40,828 nucleotides of DNA from the IMG/VR virus record IMGVR_UViG_3300025168_000199, positions 1-40,828 of that record. One strand, written 5' to 3'. The notes under the pieces were generated by a model that did not search any database, was not told the DNA's origin, and was given only the letters and a program-made list of their open reading frames with translations. Numbering within the stretch: position 1 is the stretch's first letter; the number at the start of each line of letters is the position of its first letter. The position numbers and the translations under genes were made by a program. This document shows, one piece after another, positions 16,635 to 27,800 of this stretch. The DNA comes from a virus. Lineage: Duplodnaviria; Caudoviricetes.

Positions 16635-17036
16635 ATGCCCTCTTTTTTCTCGTCCAACCAAGACCAGCGTGACCCCAACGTGCCAAAGGGTAGACCTCTC
16701 AAGGTCATTACCTCAAGTACGGCGGTCACTCCTCGCGACAGCGGGGCGGTCATCATTTGCAATGCCGCAAACCTCGTGGTCTCGCTGCCCCTCACTCAAG
16801 AGGGACTCTGGTACACCATCGTTACGGCGGTGATTACTGGTGGTACGGGGACTAGCGTGTCTCCATACTCAGCAGACAAGATTGCAGGCTTGGGCATCGT
16901 GTCGCCAACTGACGACAAGGACTTCATCAACAGCGGGGCTACTGACGTTGGCGGTGACTTCTTGACTGTTATTGGTGACGGCGGTGATGGCTGGTGGATC
17001 GCGGACAGCCGAGGAACGTGGGCTAGAGAATCGTGA
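16635..17036 (+). CDS. Small virion fibre/decoration-type protein, paralog 2
   Basis: VTPRDSGAVI...VSLP...GLWY...GDFLTVIGDGGDGWW, the same pattern as the upstream gene. Confidence 0.7.
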   Translation: MPSFFSSNQDQRDPNVPKGRPLKVITSSTAVTPRDSGAVIICNAANLVVSLPLTQEGLWYTIVTAVITGGTGTSVSPYSADKIAGLGIVSPTDDKDFINSGATDVGGDFLTVIGDGGDGWWIADSRGTWARES

Positions 17037-17045
17037 CTTTTCCCA

Positions 17046-17086
17046 TCCCCTCGCTCGTTGACGCGGGTGAGGGGACTTCCCTTTTT
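17046..17086 (+). terminator. Intrinsic terminator/attenuator after the head-gene block
   Basis: TCCCCTCGCTCG / CGGGTGAGGGGA 12-bp stem followed by CTTCCCTTTTT. Confidence 0.6.
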
Positions 17087-17102
17087 ACTGGAGATTATTG
17101 AC

Positions 17103-17588
17103 ATGCCTAACGTATCGCTTTTCGCCAAGTTCTCTTACACAGATGGACGCGGCAACACATATTCAGACGGGTCTACTTCGACTGCTGTGACCATAGCAGC
17201 GGGTACTGACGAAGTATTCGACCGTACTTACAGCATTGGCTCGACGACGCTATCTGAGATTTGGTCAGACAGTATCATGGGCGACTTTGACTTTCTTTAC
17301 ATACGCAGCAACGTCGATGCCGAAATTCAACTGGTCTGCAACGAAGGCGGCACGCTTTCAGGCAGCAACATTCAGAACGGTTTCTGCTTGAAACTAAAGG
17401 CTGGCATTCCGTTCTACCTGTCTACTGACGACTCCCGCAACATGGGTGACATGGCTGGCACGTTCAACGAGTCTAACCACGGCACCGAGATTGACACATG
17501 GGAGTCCACATGGGCTGCTGACACAATCGACCGTGTAGAGTTCTATGCTTCGGGTGCTGCCCTTGTTCGTGTATTCGCGGTGACCTGA
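17103..17588 (+). CDS. Hypothetical virion protein (161 aa)
   Basis: GGAG RBS before ATG 17103; TGATG coupling downstream. Confidence 0.7.
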   Translation: MPNVSLFAKFSYTDGRGNTYSDGSTSTAVTIAAGTDEVFDRTYSIGSTTLSEIWSDSIMGDFDFLYIRSNVDAEIQLVCNEGGTLSGSNIQNGFCLKLKAGIPFYLSTDDSRNMGDMAGTFNESNHGTEIDTWESTWAADTIDRVEFYASGAALVRVFAVT

Positions 17589-18307
17589 TGCCAATAACAT
17601 TTTCCAACCTTAAAAGTCATGTGCAGCACGCCCTTGGTGGCACGCCTTCGGATCAAATAACCGAGGCCGACATCATCAATCAGGCTGGTCGTCACATGTT
17701 CACCCACGACTGGAAGTTCAGAGAACGTCCGCCGTCAACGATTACGATTACCACATCGACTGAGCATGTAGATCTGCCCGGCGACCTTGGCGAGATCATT
17801 TCGTTGAGAATGAAGGATGGATTAAATGACAGCATACAGTTGACCTCGTACGATCACGTCTTGATGGTACGCAATGGTGACATTGCCAGTGGCGCTCATT
17901 ACTACGCCACAGTCGTGTGGCCGCAGCCGTACGTCACCGGAGACACTACTGACTACACCAGAGTGCCGCCTCGACTTGAAATTGCCCCAAAGCCGACCGG
18001 CAACGATGAGTTGTCAATAGCGTATCGAGCGTCGTGGTCTGACCTAGTGGTGGACACAGATGCCGCACAGGTTCCACCATTAGCCGAGGCGTTGCTGATT
18101 GCGTACGTTCGTGCCTTTGCACTTGGGTACGAAGAAGAGGGTCTAGGCCAACGATTGTTTGAAGTTGAATCCGGGCCACTGTACGAACGTGTATCAATTG
18201 CCGACGGCATGATTCAGAACACTTACGGCGAAATACGCGGTGGCATAATAAGTCGCAACCGTGAAGGTGGAAGATTGCCGTTCAACGCAATACAGGCTCC
18301 AGAATGA
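17588..18307 (+). CDS. Head-tail adaptor protein
   Basis: TFSNLKSHV...IINQAGRHM...W.FRE...LPGD...LEIAPKP...IAY pattern of podoviral adaptors. Confidence 0.75.
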   Translation: MPITFSNLKSHVQHALGGTPSDQITEADIINQAGRHMFTHDWKFRERPPSTITITTSTEHVDLPGDLGEIISLRMKDGLNDSIQLTSYDHVLMVRNGDIASGAHYYATVVWPQPYVTGDTTDYTRVPPRLEIAPKPTGNDELSIAYRASWSDLVVDTDAAQVPPLAEALLIAYVRAFALGYEEEGLGQRLFEVESGPLYERVSIADGMIQNTYGEIRGGIISRNREGGRLPFNAIQAPE

Positions 18308-18684
18308 AGTACGCTAATTACCGTGTAACAAAGTCTGTAATTGCACCGGGTGCTGCGGTTACTGCGGCCAGTTCGACAGGTTACTCGACAGCAACAGCCG
18401 CGAACAAACGCAACACGACTTCGCGTGAGTTCCACGGAGCAATAGCGTGCATCAAGAGTGCTGCTCAAGGCACCTACACGGTTAAATTGGTTCTAACTTC
18501 TGGCGGGACCGAGTATCAGTTAGACGAGGTTGTGCTGACTGCTGGCGAATCGGCAACGTGGAACGAACATGATTACGGCATGCGCCTTGCCGCTACTGAT
18601 ACGATTAAGTTGGAATTTGTTGGCGCGAACACAACTTCAACTGACCGTGTGTATCTGTTAATAAAAACAAGAGACATAGTCTAA
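18304..18684 (+). CDS. Hypothetical virion protein (126 aa)
   Basis: Translationally coupled at both ends; beta-rich. Confidence 0.65.
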   Translation: MKYANYRVTKSVIAPGAAVTAASSTGYSTATAANKRNTTSREFHGAIACIKSAAQGTYTVKLVLTSGGTEYQLDEVVLTAGESATWNEHDYGMRLAATDTIKLEFVGANTTSTDRVYLLIKTRDIV

Positions 18685-21600
18685 TGCCACCATCAAAGAA
18701 GCAAGATGTTAATCTTCCATTTCCTATTAACGGCGTGTTTGAATCGCGACCATATGATCAACAACCAGAACGCACTACAACTGATTCTAAAAACGTCGTG
18801 TCGTTTGATGTTGGCGAAGACAAGCAACGCGGTGGCCAGCGTTTGGGCATTACTAAAGCGACACCTGCTACGAATGAAGGCGGGGGTTTGGGAGACGCTC
18901 GCGTACAACTAGTTGAAGTGGTTCCAATTGGGAATGAAGCAATAGGTTTTCCCGGTGGCGTCATTAACTACAACAACAGCAGTGAAGACGGCGTTCCAGA
19001 CGGAACCCCGTGCAATTTAAGTTTGCTTGCTACAGACCCAAATCAAGACGGACAAGTAGATGATGTTCTGGGCGATCTTGAACCGGCTCCAATTACAGGC
19101 AACGCAACTAACTTTCCAATACCGTTGTTTGAAAGCACTAGTTTGACGCCAAAGCCCACGTCTGCAAACTACACTGACAATCAATATGAAAGTGGCGTAG
19201 GCCCAAGCGGCACACAGCAATCCATTATTCCTGTTGGTGAAAATGGTCCGGTCAACACTTGGAACAACTCAAGCCCCGGCTTGTGGCATGTAAAAACGTG
19301 CGACGATAGAAAAGGCTGTATCTACCCCAAGGCTCCGTTTGATAAGAATTTTATTGTTAACGGATACACATACCCGTTAGTAGATGGTTTGCTTGAAGGT
19401 ACAAGGATGGGCAACAGAGCGCCTTCATTTCTGATCCTTGGGTCTAATGAAATTGGCAAATTGCCATTAGGCATGTTTGGCGGTGGCACTTATAGCAACC
19501 CAACACAAACAACATATGTGTCGAGCGTGCTGCTGCCAACACAAAGCGAAACCGAAGACAGTTTTAACAGTTCAATTTCAAACAACTGGTGCGTAACGTG
19601 TGACATCTGCACGGTTGCAAGCGATACCCTAGGTGGAAGATTTTATTCTAGTTACCGTCCTCCGGCTGGAGGTGAGTACGCACTAGAGGCAAGGCTTTCA
19701 GGCAGCCGTGAATATTATTATGGGTTTGTTTTTAAAGTTAAAGCCGTGGTCTCGCACGAGGCAACAACTATTGACTCGGATTCAGAAAGTGACAGGTGCT
19801 TGTTTGTTGGTTTTCATCAAGCGGCCACTACTGGTAACAGCGAACAAGCAAAGTTAGTTATTGGATCAATTGACAATACCGACAACAACCAGATGTCATT
19901 GACAAACACCCGAACTATCGACACGGCACTAAATGACGAAAACACGTTGGATCGCAAGACTTGGTATTCTCTCGATCTGCGTTTCGTAAATAATTTTTTA
20001 GAAGTACGGTTGGATGGTGCTGGGCCGCTGCCCGACGCAAACGATATAACTGTTACCAAATTCAACTTAGTTGATTTTATAGATGACGATGTTGCGGGCG
20101 ATACATTTGAAACATCAAGGTCAAGGTCTGGGTTATTGTTTTGGAGAAGTTCCACCGCTGGTATTGGTTCGGTTGATGTAGGCGTGAGTCAGCAAGTGCC
20201 AACAGAGTTCAATATAAAACTTGAGGCTTACACACGGTACGCCAGCAGTCAATCGGGGAGTGACTTTGGACTTGGTTTCCAACAAGTAGGTGGCAACTTT
20301 ATTAGTGATCCAGATTTTAAAGATAACTTTGGTGGCACAAGAGAGTTTTGGGCAAGCACCAGCGACAATGACAATCGCAACGAAACTTGGCACTTCAGTG
20401 AAGACGCTTCCCAAACAAGCGGCGGCACGGGGGCCAGAGGGTTTATTGGAATCCAAGCTCACTCCCTGTCTAGTTGGAATGGTTCAGGTAGCGCAAATTT
20501 GAAATTGTTTATGAAAGACGTTGGCAGGTCTGTATCTTACCCAACAAGTTTTTCTGAAGACGGTTACACGCAAGGCACGTTTGCTAGTCTGAAACACGTC
20601 AGTAGAGCCTCGCAGTTGTTAAGTCGCGCAGAATGGGGCGGCGATTACATACGAGATTGGAACGAGCCGTATTTTCACAATTATCAATGGCGCAACATTA
20701 GTGATCTTGGAGACGTTGATCGTGTTGTCTTGGCTGCAACCGAGGGGAATGTTTATGTCTCGTCTAACTCCGGCAGTTCTTTTTCTCAGTCCATTAAAGA
20801 TGACGCAAACCCAAATGACACAGAAAACATTGTTTTCAATCCAGAAACATCACGCATATCTGGCGTTGAATATTTCAATCAATTCTACATGTGCGATGGA
20901 ACCAAGTATTTAGTGCTTGATGTTCCAACAAGAACATTGAAAGATTGGTCAATACTGTGCAAAGCATTGGACAATAATGACGACCCAGTGGGTGACCCTA
21001 ATATTCCCGGAGGGTCAAACGCCGAAGATGATGCGAAATGCAGTTTAATTACTCGGCACATGGGGCGACTTGTTCTGTCTGGATACGGCCCGTTTCCAAA
21101 CAACTGGTTTATGTCGGACTATTACACTGACAGCATCGAAGTCGGACACGGCCCAAACAACTGGGACGTAACAAACGGCGCGGTAGCGGGAACCTCAACA
21201 GGATTGCCTGAGATTGGCGAGCCGATCAAAGCGATGTTCCCGTTCCGAGAAGAAGCATTGGTGTTTGGGTGTCTGAACAGTATCTCGTTGTTGCAGGGTG
21301 ACCCCGGTGACGAAAACAGTAACTCAACAATAACGAGTATCAGCAGGGACATAGGGATCATTGGACCTGATGCGTGGGCGCACGGGCCTAACCGCAGTTT
21401 GTTCTTCTTTGGTACAAATGGCTTGTACTACCTCTCGCCTAACGAGTTCAACGTCAGCCAAACAAACCGATTGTCAGTTGGCCGCATGGACCGCGAATTT
21501 GCGTCAATCGACCTTGCAAAGTTTGATGTAAAACTTGTGTACGATTATTACTTGTACGGCTTGCACATATTCATGTCGCCCAAACAAACTGCTTCGGGTA

Positions 21601-22118
21601 GCACGAAACATTATTTTTACGACGAGCGGTCGCAAGCAATGTGGCCAATGGAATATCCAGAAAGCGTTGGGCCTGCGGCATGCGCCTACTACCCCGACCC
21701 GTCACCAGCAAACCGCCGTGTTCTTCTTGGTGGCTACGACGGTCACATCAGATACTTTGACCCACTAGCAACAAGCGACGACGGGGCCGCCATTGACAGT
21801 TACGTTTGGATTGGACCATTCCAAGTTGGGCCGGTGACTGAATCCAAAGTTATGAGAATTGCCGCAGTCCTAGACGCTCAATCCCCAAACATAAATTGGG
21901 GCATTTACGTTGGCGACACCGCAGAGGAAGCCAAGTCGTCCACGCCTGTTGTAACTGGCGAATGGAAATCAGGACGAAACTTGTGGAAACATGTGCGGGC
22001 TAGGGGCCAGAACATTTACGTTAAGATATTTAGCAACACGTCAACCGCGTTGCCGTGGTCACTCGAAAACATTACTGCCACGCTCGCGGTCGCGGGCCGC
22101 GTTCGTGAAAGGAACTAG
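18684..22118 (+). CDS. Tail nozzle/stabilisation protein (P22 gp10 / T7 gp12-like) with a large internal insertion
   Basis: N-terminal FPINGV...NV...RGGQR. C-terminal propeller-like part (GRLVLSG, GEPIKAM, DIGIIGP, LLGGYDG). Located after the adaptor. Confidence 0.75.
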   Translation: MPPSKKQDVNLPFPINGVFESRPYDQQPERTTTDSKNVVSFDVGEDKQRGGQRLGITKATPATNEGGGLGDARVQLVEVVPIGNEAIGFPGGVINYNNSSEDGVPDGTPCNLSLLATDPNQDGQVDDVLGDLEPAPITGNATNFPIPLFESTSLTPKPTSANYTDNQYESGVGPSGTQQSIIPVGENGPVNTWNNSSPGLWHVKTCDDRKGCIYPKAPFDKNFIVNGYTYPLVDGLLEGTRMGNRAPSFLILGSNEIGKLPLGMFGGGTYSNPTQTTYVSSVLLPTQSETEDSFNSSISNNWCVTCDICTVASDTLGGRFYSSYRPPAGGEYALEARLSGSREYYYGFVFKVKAVVSHEATTIDSDSESDRCLFVGFHQAATTGNSEQAKLVIGSIDNTDNNQMSLTNTRTIDTALNDENTLDRKTWYSLDLRFVNNFLEVRLDGAGPLPDANDITVTKFNLVDFIDDDVAGDTFETSRSRSGLLFWRSSTAGIGSVDVGVSQQVPTEFNIKLEAYTRYASSQSGSDFGLGFQQVGGNFISDPDFKDNFGGTREFWASTSDNDNRNETWHFSEDASQTSGGTGARGFIGIQAHSLSSWNGSGSANLKLFMKDVGRSVSYPTSFSEDGYTQGTFASLKHVSRASQLLSRAEWGGDYIRDWNEPYFHNYQWRNISDLGDVDRVVLAATEGNVYVSSNSGSSFSQSIKDDANPNDTENIVFNPETSRISGVEYFNQFYMCDGTKYLVLDVPTRTLKDWSILCKALDNNDDPVGDPNIPGGSNAEDDAKCSLITRHMGRLVLSGYGPFPNNWFMSDYYTDSIEVGHGPNNWDVTNGAVAGTSTGLPEIGEPIKAMFPFREEALVFGCLNSISLLQGDPGDENSNSTITSISRDIGIIGPDAWAHGPNRSLFFFGTNGLYYLSPNEFNVSQTNRLSVGRMDREFASIDLAKFDVKLVYDYYLYGLHIFMSPKQTASGSTKHYFYDERSQAMWPMEYPESVGPAACAYYPDPSPANRRVLLGGYDGHIRYFDPLATSDDGAAIDSYVWIGPFQVGPVTESKVMRIAAVLDAQSPNINWGIYVGDTAEEAKSSTPVVTGEWKSGRNLWKHVRARGQNIYVKIFSNTSTALPWSLENITATLAVAGRVRERN

Positions 22119-22120
22119 TC

Positions 22121-23083
22121 ATGGGATTTTTTAGCTCTCAAGAAACACAGCCAAACTTCTGGTATTACAACCGCGAAGGCGCTCAGCAAGAGGAAAGTGA
22201 AGCGTTCTACGGACAAGTAGAAGCCTACACGACGTACACAAACCAGTTGTGGGACCAGTGGTCAAACTACGCAAGCATGGCATCAAAGTACATAGAAACA
22301 CTCGGTGCTTCCACGGACAGTAAATACAACTTGATGAAAACCAACTTGACTACTGACTATGAAGATAGAAAGCAGAATATCAACGAGCGGTTCGACGAAG
22401 TTAAAAAAACCAAATACCGTGACATGTCTAGACGCGGTTTAGCGACAACAACTCGCGGTCAATTTGACCGTGCGTACTCTGAGCAGCAAGAAGAATCGCA
22501 ATCTGACCTTGAAGAAAACCGAACGCAAGCAATGCAAACTCTTGAAGCACAGAAAGCAGCATGGGATGAGCAACTGGCGGCAAGAGAGTTTGAGGTAGGC
22601 AGTCAACTTGAAGGCATGAAGCCGTTGATGATGGACCCCGGCCCAATGATGAAACTTGAATACCAACGACGCATGCGGCAGATTGGCGAAGCGGGAGCGG
22701 AGCAAGATTTGGTGACCGGCGAAAACCCCGGTTGGGGCAGCACGTTGTTGCAACTTGGTGGCGCTGCCGCTGGTGCTGCGGTTGGAGGGCCATCAGGAAT
22801 GATGATCGGTTCATCGATGGGCCAAGCAGTGGGCGGTGGTCTTGAGGGTGCGTTTGGTGAATCGTCGTACTACAGAAACCAAGGCATGAATCAAATGATG
22901 CAGGGCGGCATGTCATCGATGATGATGGGGTTTAGCCCAAACGCTGATTGGAGCTTTGATAAAGGCCAGCAATATGGCCAAGATCCATTTGGTAGCGGCA
23001 GTTGGATGAACTACGACAACTACCAAACACAATCAAATAACTTTAATCAGTTTCAGAATCTTTACCAAAGTATGGGCTACTGA
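22121..23083 (+). CDS. Putative DNA ejection (pilot) protein
   Basis: Coiled-coil plus a glycine-zipper hydrophobic stretch LGGAAAGAAVGGPSGMMIGSSMG. Confidence 0.6.
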   Translation: MGFFSSQETQPNFWYYNREGAQQEESEAFYGQVEAYTTYTNQLWDQWSNYASMASKYIETLGASTDSKYNLMKTNLTTDYEDRKQNINERFDEVKKTKYRDMSRRGLATTTRGQFDRAYSEQQEESQSDLEENRTQAMQTLEAQKAAWDEQLAAREFEVGSQLEGMKPLMMDPGPMMKLEYQRRMRQIGEAGAEQDLVTGENPGWGSTLLQLGGAAAGAAVGGPSGMMIGSSMGQAVGGGLEGAFGESSYYRNQGMNQMMQGGMSSMMMGFSPNADWSFDKGQQYGQDPFGSGSWMNYDNYQTQSNNFNQFQNLYQSMGY

Positions 23084-23124
23084 CCAGCAGTCGCTAGTTG
23101 TTACGCTTTGAAAGAAAGAACACA

Positions 23125-24843
23125 ATGTCACAGTCAGCACCAGACCCGTTTGCACTTGTCAAACTAGAAATGTCAAACGCACAGCAGCAGCACCAGCGTA
23201 CACTGGGCATGCTGGAGCGTTCACGCCAAGACAAAGCGATAGCCTACAAGCAACTGCAAGACAGTCGCATTCGCAACGACACTTTTTACATGAACACACA
23301 AGGAAGGCTCGACAAGTCTTTCTACGAAAACTACGCAAGAACAATTGGCGAGATGTCGTTTGGTGCATTTAACGCGGACGTGCGTGCAACACGGGCAGCA
23401 AGTACGCCACCATTGTTTATGTTTGACGACAAAGACGTTGTTCAAAATCCAAACGGGCAAAGCATATTCGACACGGCTGGGCCGGGAGCAATGAACGCAC
23501 AGCCGGGAACTGCTGCCCCGCCGCCTGCAAAGCCAACGCCAAAGACGGGCGAGGTTGGTGGTCCTACTGGACCGCCAGAAAAGCCGCTGCCCGAAACCGT
23601 GGCAAGGCCAAAGAGCGACGCTGAAGAACTAACTCCACAGCAACAACGAGTCCAACAAGTAAGAACAAAGTCGTCGCAATCGCAACAGTCGCAGCCATCG
23701 GCTGCAAGAGCGCCACGTTTAAATCTCAACGCGGTTCACGTTGATCCTGTTACGGGTCAGATGTACGGCAACATCAAGGGACACTTTGTCCCGATGGACA
23801 ACGCCGCTTGGAGTGTGTTGCAAAATTGGCAACGCTCGTCGATTGCGTCTTATCAAGCCGAGACAAGTCGATACAGAGCAAACTCACTGCGTCGCTCGGT
23901 TAACGCTCAGGACAGTCTGCTCGGTGCTTTGACAAGCAACTCAAATCGAGGAATGTTGGCAGAACTTGTGGCCAGCAACCCCGGCTTCCCTGAGATTGGC
24001 ATCGGCATGCTTGGACGAGCAGCAGAAATATTTAACGTAGATACGAAATCTTACAAACGGCACTTGGGTGAGTTGGCTGCTGCGTACCAAGCGGGCAACA
24101 TGGAGATGTTCCGATCTGCTATGGCTGTCCTCGAAGGAGAGATGTACGACACGCAGAAAGAAAAGATCGACAAGAAACTCAAAGTTGTAAACAGCCAAAT
24201 TTCTACGGCGCGTAATCAATACAATGAGGGTGGCGACAAATCGTTGATGTCAGACATTGCCAAACTTGAATCAGAACGCCGTAGACTTACTAACGAATCA
24301 ATGTCGTTGGTACACCCGTCAGACACAAGGCCAATGCATCTTCCTACAAACGAAAACCCCAACAAACCAAGCACGCCAGCAGGTGCTGTTAGCAGCAACA
24401 CGCTTGATACTTGGCTGTTTGAAAACCAACTCGATTATCGTGAAGCGGGTGATTTGATTAGGGCTGAGTTGCAATCGCCGCAAGAAGAAGCCCCCCTGCT
24501 GCAAAGTTACGTTGACGCGATGCGTGCAAGATTTGAAAGCAGCGGCCTAGATGTTCGTGGAACTGACACACAGTTTTACACTTACGCCGCCAAGCAATTC
24601 GGAATTAACGCAGGGTTTAAAGATCCAATTACGGCGACGTTGCCACCACAAATGCGGCCACCACCTTCAGGTGCAAACGGAGAAATGGGTGCGGCAACAC
24701 CGCCACTTATCACAAGTGCTGGCGAAGTAGACTTGGTCGTACTTCAGGATCTCAGGGACGAATACGAGCAGTCATTAAACGGCGAAGAGAAGTCTGAAGA
24801 AACTTGGAATTCGTTTCTTAAAAGCAAGAACATCTTAAACTGA
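23125..24843 (+). CDS. Putative internal virion/ejection protein (572 aa)
   Basis: Position between the pilot protein and the giant protein; P/Q-rich linker and helical regions. Confidence 0.6.
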   Translation: MSQSAPDPFALVKLEMSNAQQQHQRTLGMLERSRQDKAIAYKQLQDSRIRNDTFYMNTQGRLDKSFYENYARTIGEMSFGAFNADVRATRAASTPPLFMFDDKDVVQNPNGQSIFDTAGPGAMNAQPGTAAPPPAKPTPKTGEVGGPTGPPEKPLPETVARPKSDAEELTPQQQRVQQVRTKSSQSQQSQPSAARAPRLNLNAVHVDPVTGQMYGNIKGHFVPMDNAAWSVLQNWQRSSIASYQAETSRYRANSLRRSVNAQDSLLGALTSNSNRGMLAELVASNPGFPEIGIGMLGRAAEIFNVDTKSYKRHLGELAAAYQAGNMEMFRSAMAVLEGEMYDTQKEKIDKKLKVVNSQISTARNQYNEGGDKSLMSDIAKLESERRRLTNESMSLVHPSDTRPMHLPTNENPNKPSTPAGAVSSNTLDTWLFENQLDYREAGDLIRAELQSPQEEAPLLQSYVDAMRARFESSGLDVRGTDTQFYTYAAKQFGINAGFKDPITATLPPQMRPPPSGANGEMGAATPPLITSAGEVDLVVLQDLRDEYEQSLNGEEKSEETWNSFLKSKNILN

Positions 24844-24854
24844 GTTGAAACACA

Positions 24855-27800
24855 ATGACGCAACTTGATCTATCGTTTGATTCTGTGTTTGGCAACCAGC
24901 CTGCTGCTGCGCCCAAGAACAACATTGATTTGTCGTTCGATTCGGTGTTTGGTAATGCACCGTATGGGTATCGCGTAGACGGCACGCCAAAGGGCGAAGG
25001 TTGGCTTGGTCTGATTCCGATGAATGACGGCAGGCAAATGTCTGAGTTGTCAGTTGGTGTTGAGTTTGACGGCAAAGAGACACTGATACCTGCAATTGTT
25101 CCCGGTCTTAGCGACGAACAAATTGACTACTTGAAGGCTGGTGGTGATCCTCGTGAAAATCGCGAGATTATGCAGATGGCTCAAGACCACGCCATGCAAC
25201 GTATGCGTGCGGGCAAGGGTCCATTTGCTGATGCAGATTATGAAAAGCCAAAGCCTAGTTTTCTTGACCGCGATAAGGAACGATTTGACATAGGTCGCGG
25301 CGTTATGCGTCAGGCCCAAGAGTACCTCGACAGCGGCAAGCCTATCGAAAACATAGACGAAGACATCTTGTCATTCATGTTAAGCGACGACTCGCGCGGA
25401 GAGTATGTATTGGAAGAAAAGCAGTACAACGATTTGCGTCAGGCGTTGCAGGATCGTCAGTCAGAAGAGTTGGGTACGTTTAGCGGGATAATTTCAGAAG
25501 TAACTGATCAACTAAAACGCCCGGCTCGTGGGCTTATAGAAACGATTGCATCGACGCCGCAGTCGATGGGTCGTGCGTACGAAACTTTTCGCGAAACAGC
25601 AATGGGGCTTGTCGATACAGACACATCTCTCGGTCAAGCAATAGACATTGTCTCACGTCAAATGCTCAACGAACAAACTGGAAAGATGATCAAAGGCGGT
25701 GAAGCGTTGGATGACGTTTCGCGTGAGTTGCTAGAAACAGAATTGTTTGTTAACAAGGCAGCGGAAATCAATTTAAGTTTAACTGATTGGCGAACGTGGG
25801 CATACACAGTAGGCAAAGGCATTGGTCAAATGGCGGCGATGATTGTTGCAGGCGCAACGGCTGGACCCGCTGGAGTAGCAATTATTGGTTACGGCATGGG
25901 GGCAGATCAGATATACGACGGTGTGTACGACGTGCTTGGAAAAGCAGAGGGCATGCCAGAAGCAGAGCGTGACAGAATTGCAAGAGAGTACGCTTTGGTC
26001 GGTGGTTCAATTAGTGCCGTACTTGAGATGGCTGGTATCGAAAAAGTCTTGGGCCGTATCGGCAAGAACAAGACAACGCTTGGCCAATACTTCAAGGACA
26101 TCGCAGTCGCTTCGATGGCGGAAGGTCTGACAGAGGCGGCACAGACTTCTCTTGAGCAGACGCTCAACTACATGGCCGACGAAACCATACCGATGGACGA
26201 TCGTGTCAACATAGCCACCAAGTTTGTCGAGAACATGTTTACGTCTGAGACAGCGTTGGCCGCTGGTACAGGAGCGATTGTCGGCGGCGGTGCGGTTGCA
26301 GTTGGATCGCCGGTTACGTCGAGAATTGACGAGAAGAAACTACGCAAGAAGTTTGTTGAGCCGTACGTTCGTGACAGGCAGCCTGAGCCGGAGCAGATTG
26401 AGATTGAAGGCCAGCCATACATACGTCAGGAGTCAACCGGCAACCTTATCCCCGCGACCCTAGAAAACATTGTTCAGGAACGTGAGGCCCAGCGTGCGAC
26501 AATTGAAGAAGACTTGCAGACGAAGGAGGCCGAAGACATTGAGGACATTGAGGCCACCGGCGAGAAATTTGTTGTTGTCCGCGATGGCGAAATAGTTGGC
26601 GAGTTTGATCCCGCTGGCAGCGATGAGTTAAATGAGAGCCTGCGTGCCTCTGGTCGCGACCCAGATGAGACCGACATGCAGGACTTTGCATTCGATGAGG
26701 CTGAACGTGTGGCCGCCGTAGAGGGCGGAGAGGTCATGGTGGAGAGTGAGTACCTCAGAGACACCCGAGAGCAGCAAGCCGCTGAGAGGCGAAGTACGCT
26801 CGCTGAGACGGACCCTGAGTTAATCGAGTTGACACCCGCAGAACAATCGCTGCAAGTGATCGATCGTGCGGCGACTGCTGAAAGTAAAAACAACGTACAG
26901 CACACCAGCCGAGTGATGACCACGCGGGAGTCATCGCCAGCAGCCAGAAAAATACAAGCAATTGGTGAGAAGGCTGGACTTGAAGTTGTAGTTATTGAAA
27001 CCCAAACCAGTGATGGATCGGTTGCTGAATTCCCGGCGGTCATTGACCCAAATAACTCACGACGTATATTTGTAAGTGACTCGGGTTCACAACGTGACAT
27101 GCTTGAACTTGTGTTTGGTCACGAATTGTTTCACACGCTGGAAAAAGAAAACCCTGACTTGTACGACGCACTGATATCTCAGTTGCCGTCTAAATTTAGG
27201 CAAGCCCTTGCTAGATACAGCGAGACTGGTTTGCTTGGATCTGACCCCTCGGTAAGCAAACTATTGTCAGAAGGATTTGCGCAGTTAACGCAAGACAGCC
27301 TGCTCGGCCTCGGGACCGAGTCTCTGTTCGACGGTGATGCCACGAAGATCCAAAGGTTCAAGGACTTCGTGCGACGCATGATGGTCAAGTTAGGCATGCG
27401 AGGCAAGTGGGCCAAGGACGTGTTGAACGTCATGGAGCAGATTGCCGGTGGCGTTGACCTTGCCGACATTGGCCTGACCAAGAAACAAGAGAGCCGAGTT
27501 GATCGACTCAGGCGTGACGCAGAGAGAAACAAGCCTAAACAACCTAGACAAACACGACAGCCCGAACAAACTCAACAGCCGCCGCAAACTGCTGTGCAAA
27601 CTGAAGGTGAGCCAGTTGCACAAGAGCCAACCGCACAAGATCCAGTTGTAATTAATTACGAAGATACTAAGGGCGACGTTGGAAGTGATGTAGAGGTTGA
27701 GCCTAAGGATTACTATCCAAACGCAAATGTTGGCGACAACATACATGTGTATGACATAGACGGCAATAGAAGAACTGCCAGAGTTGCAGCAATTTCTGAT

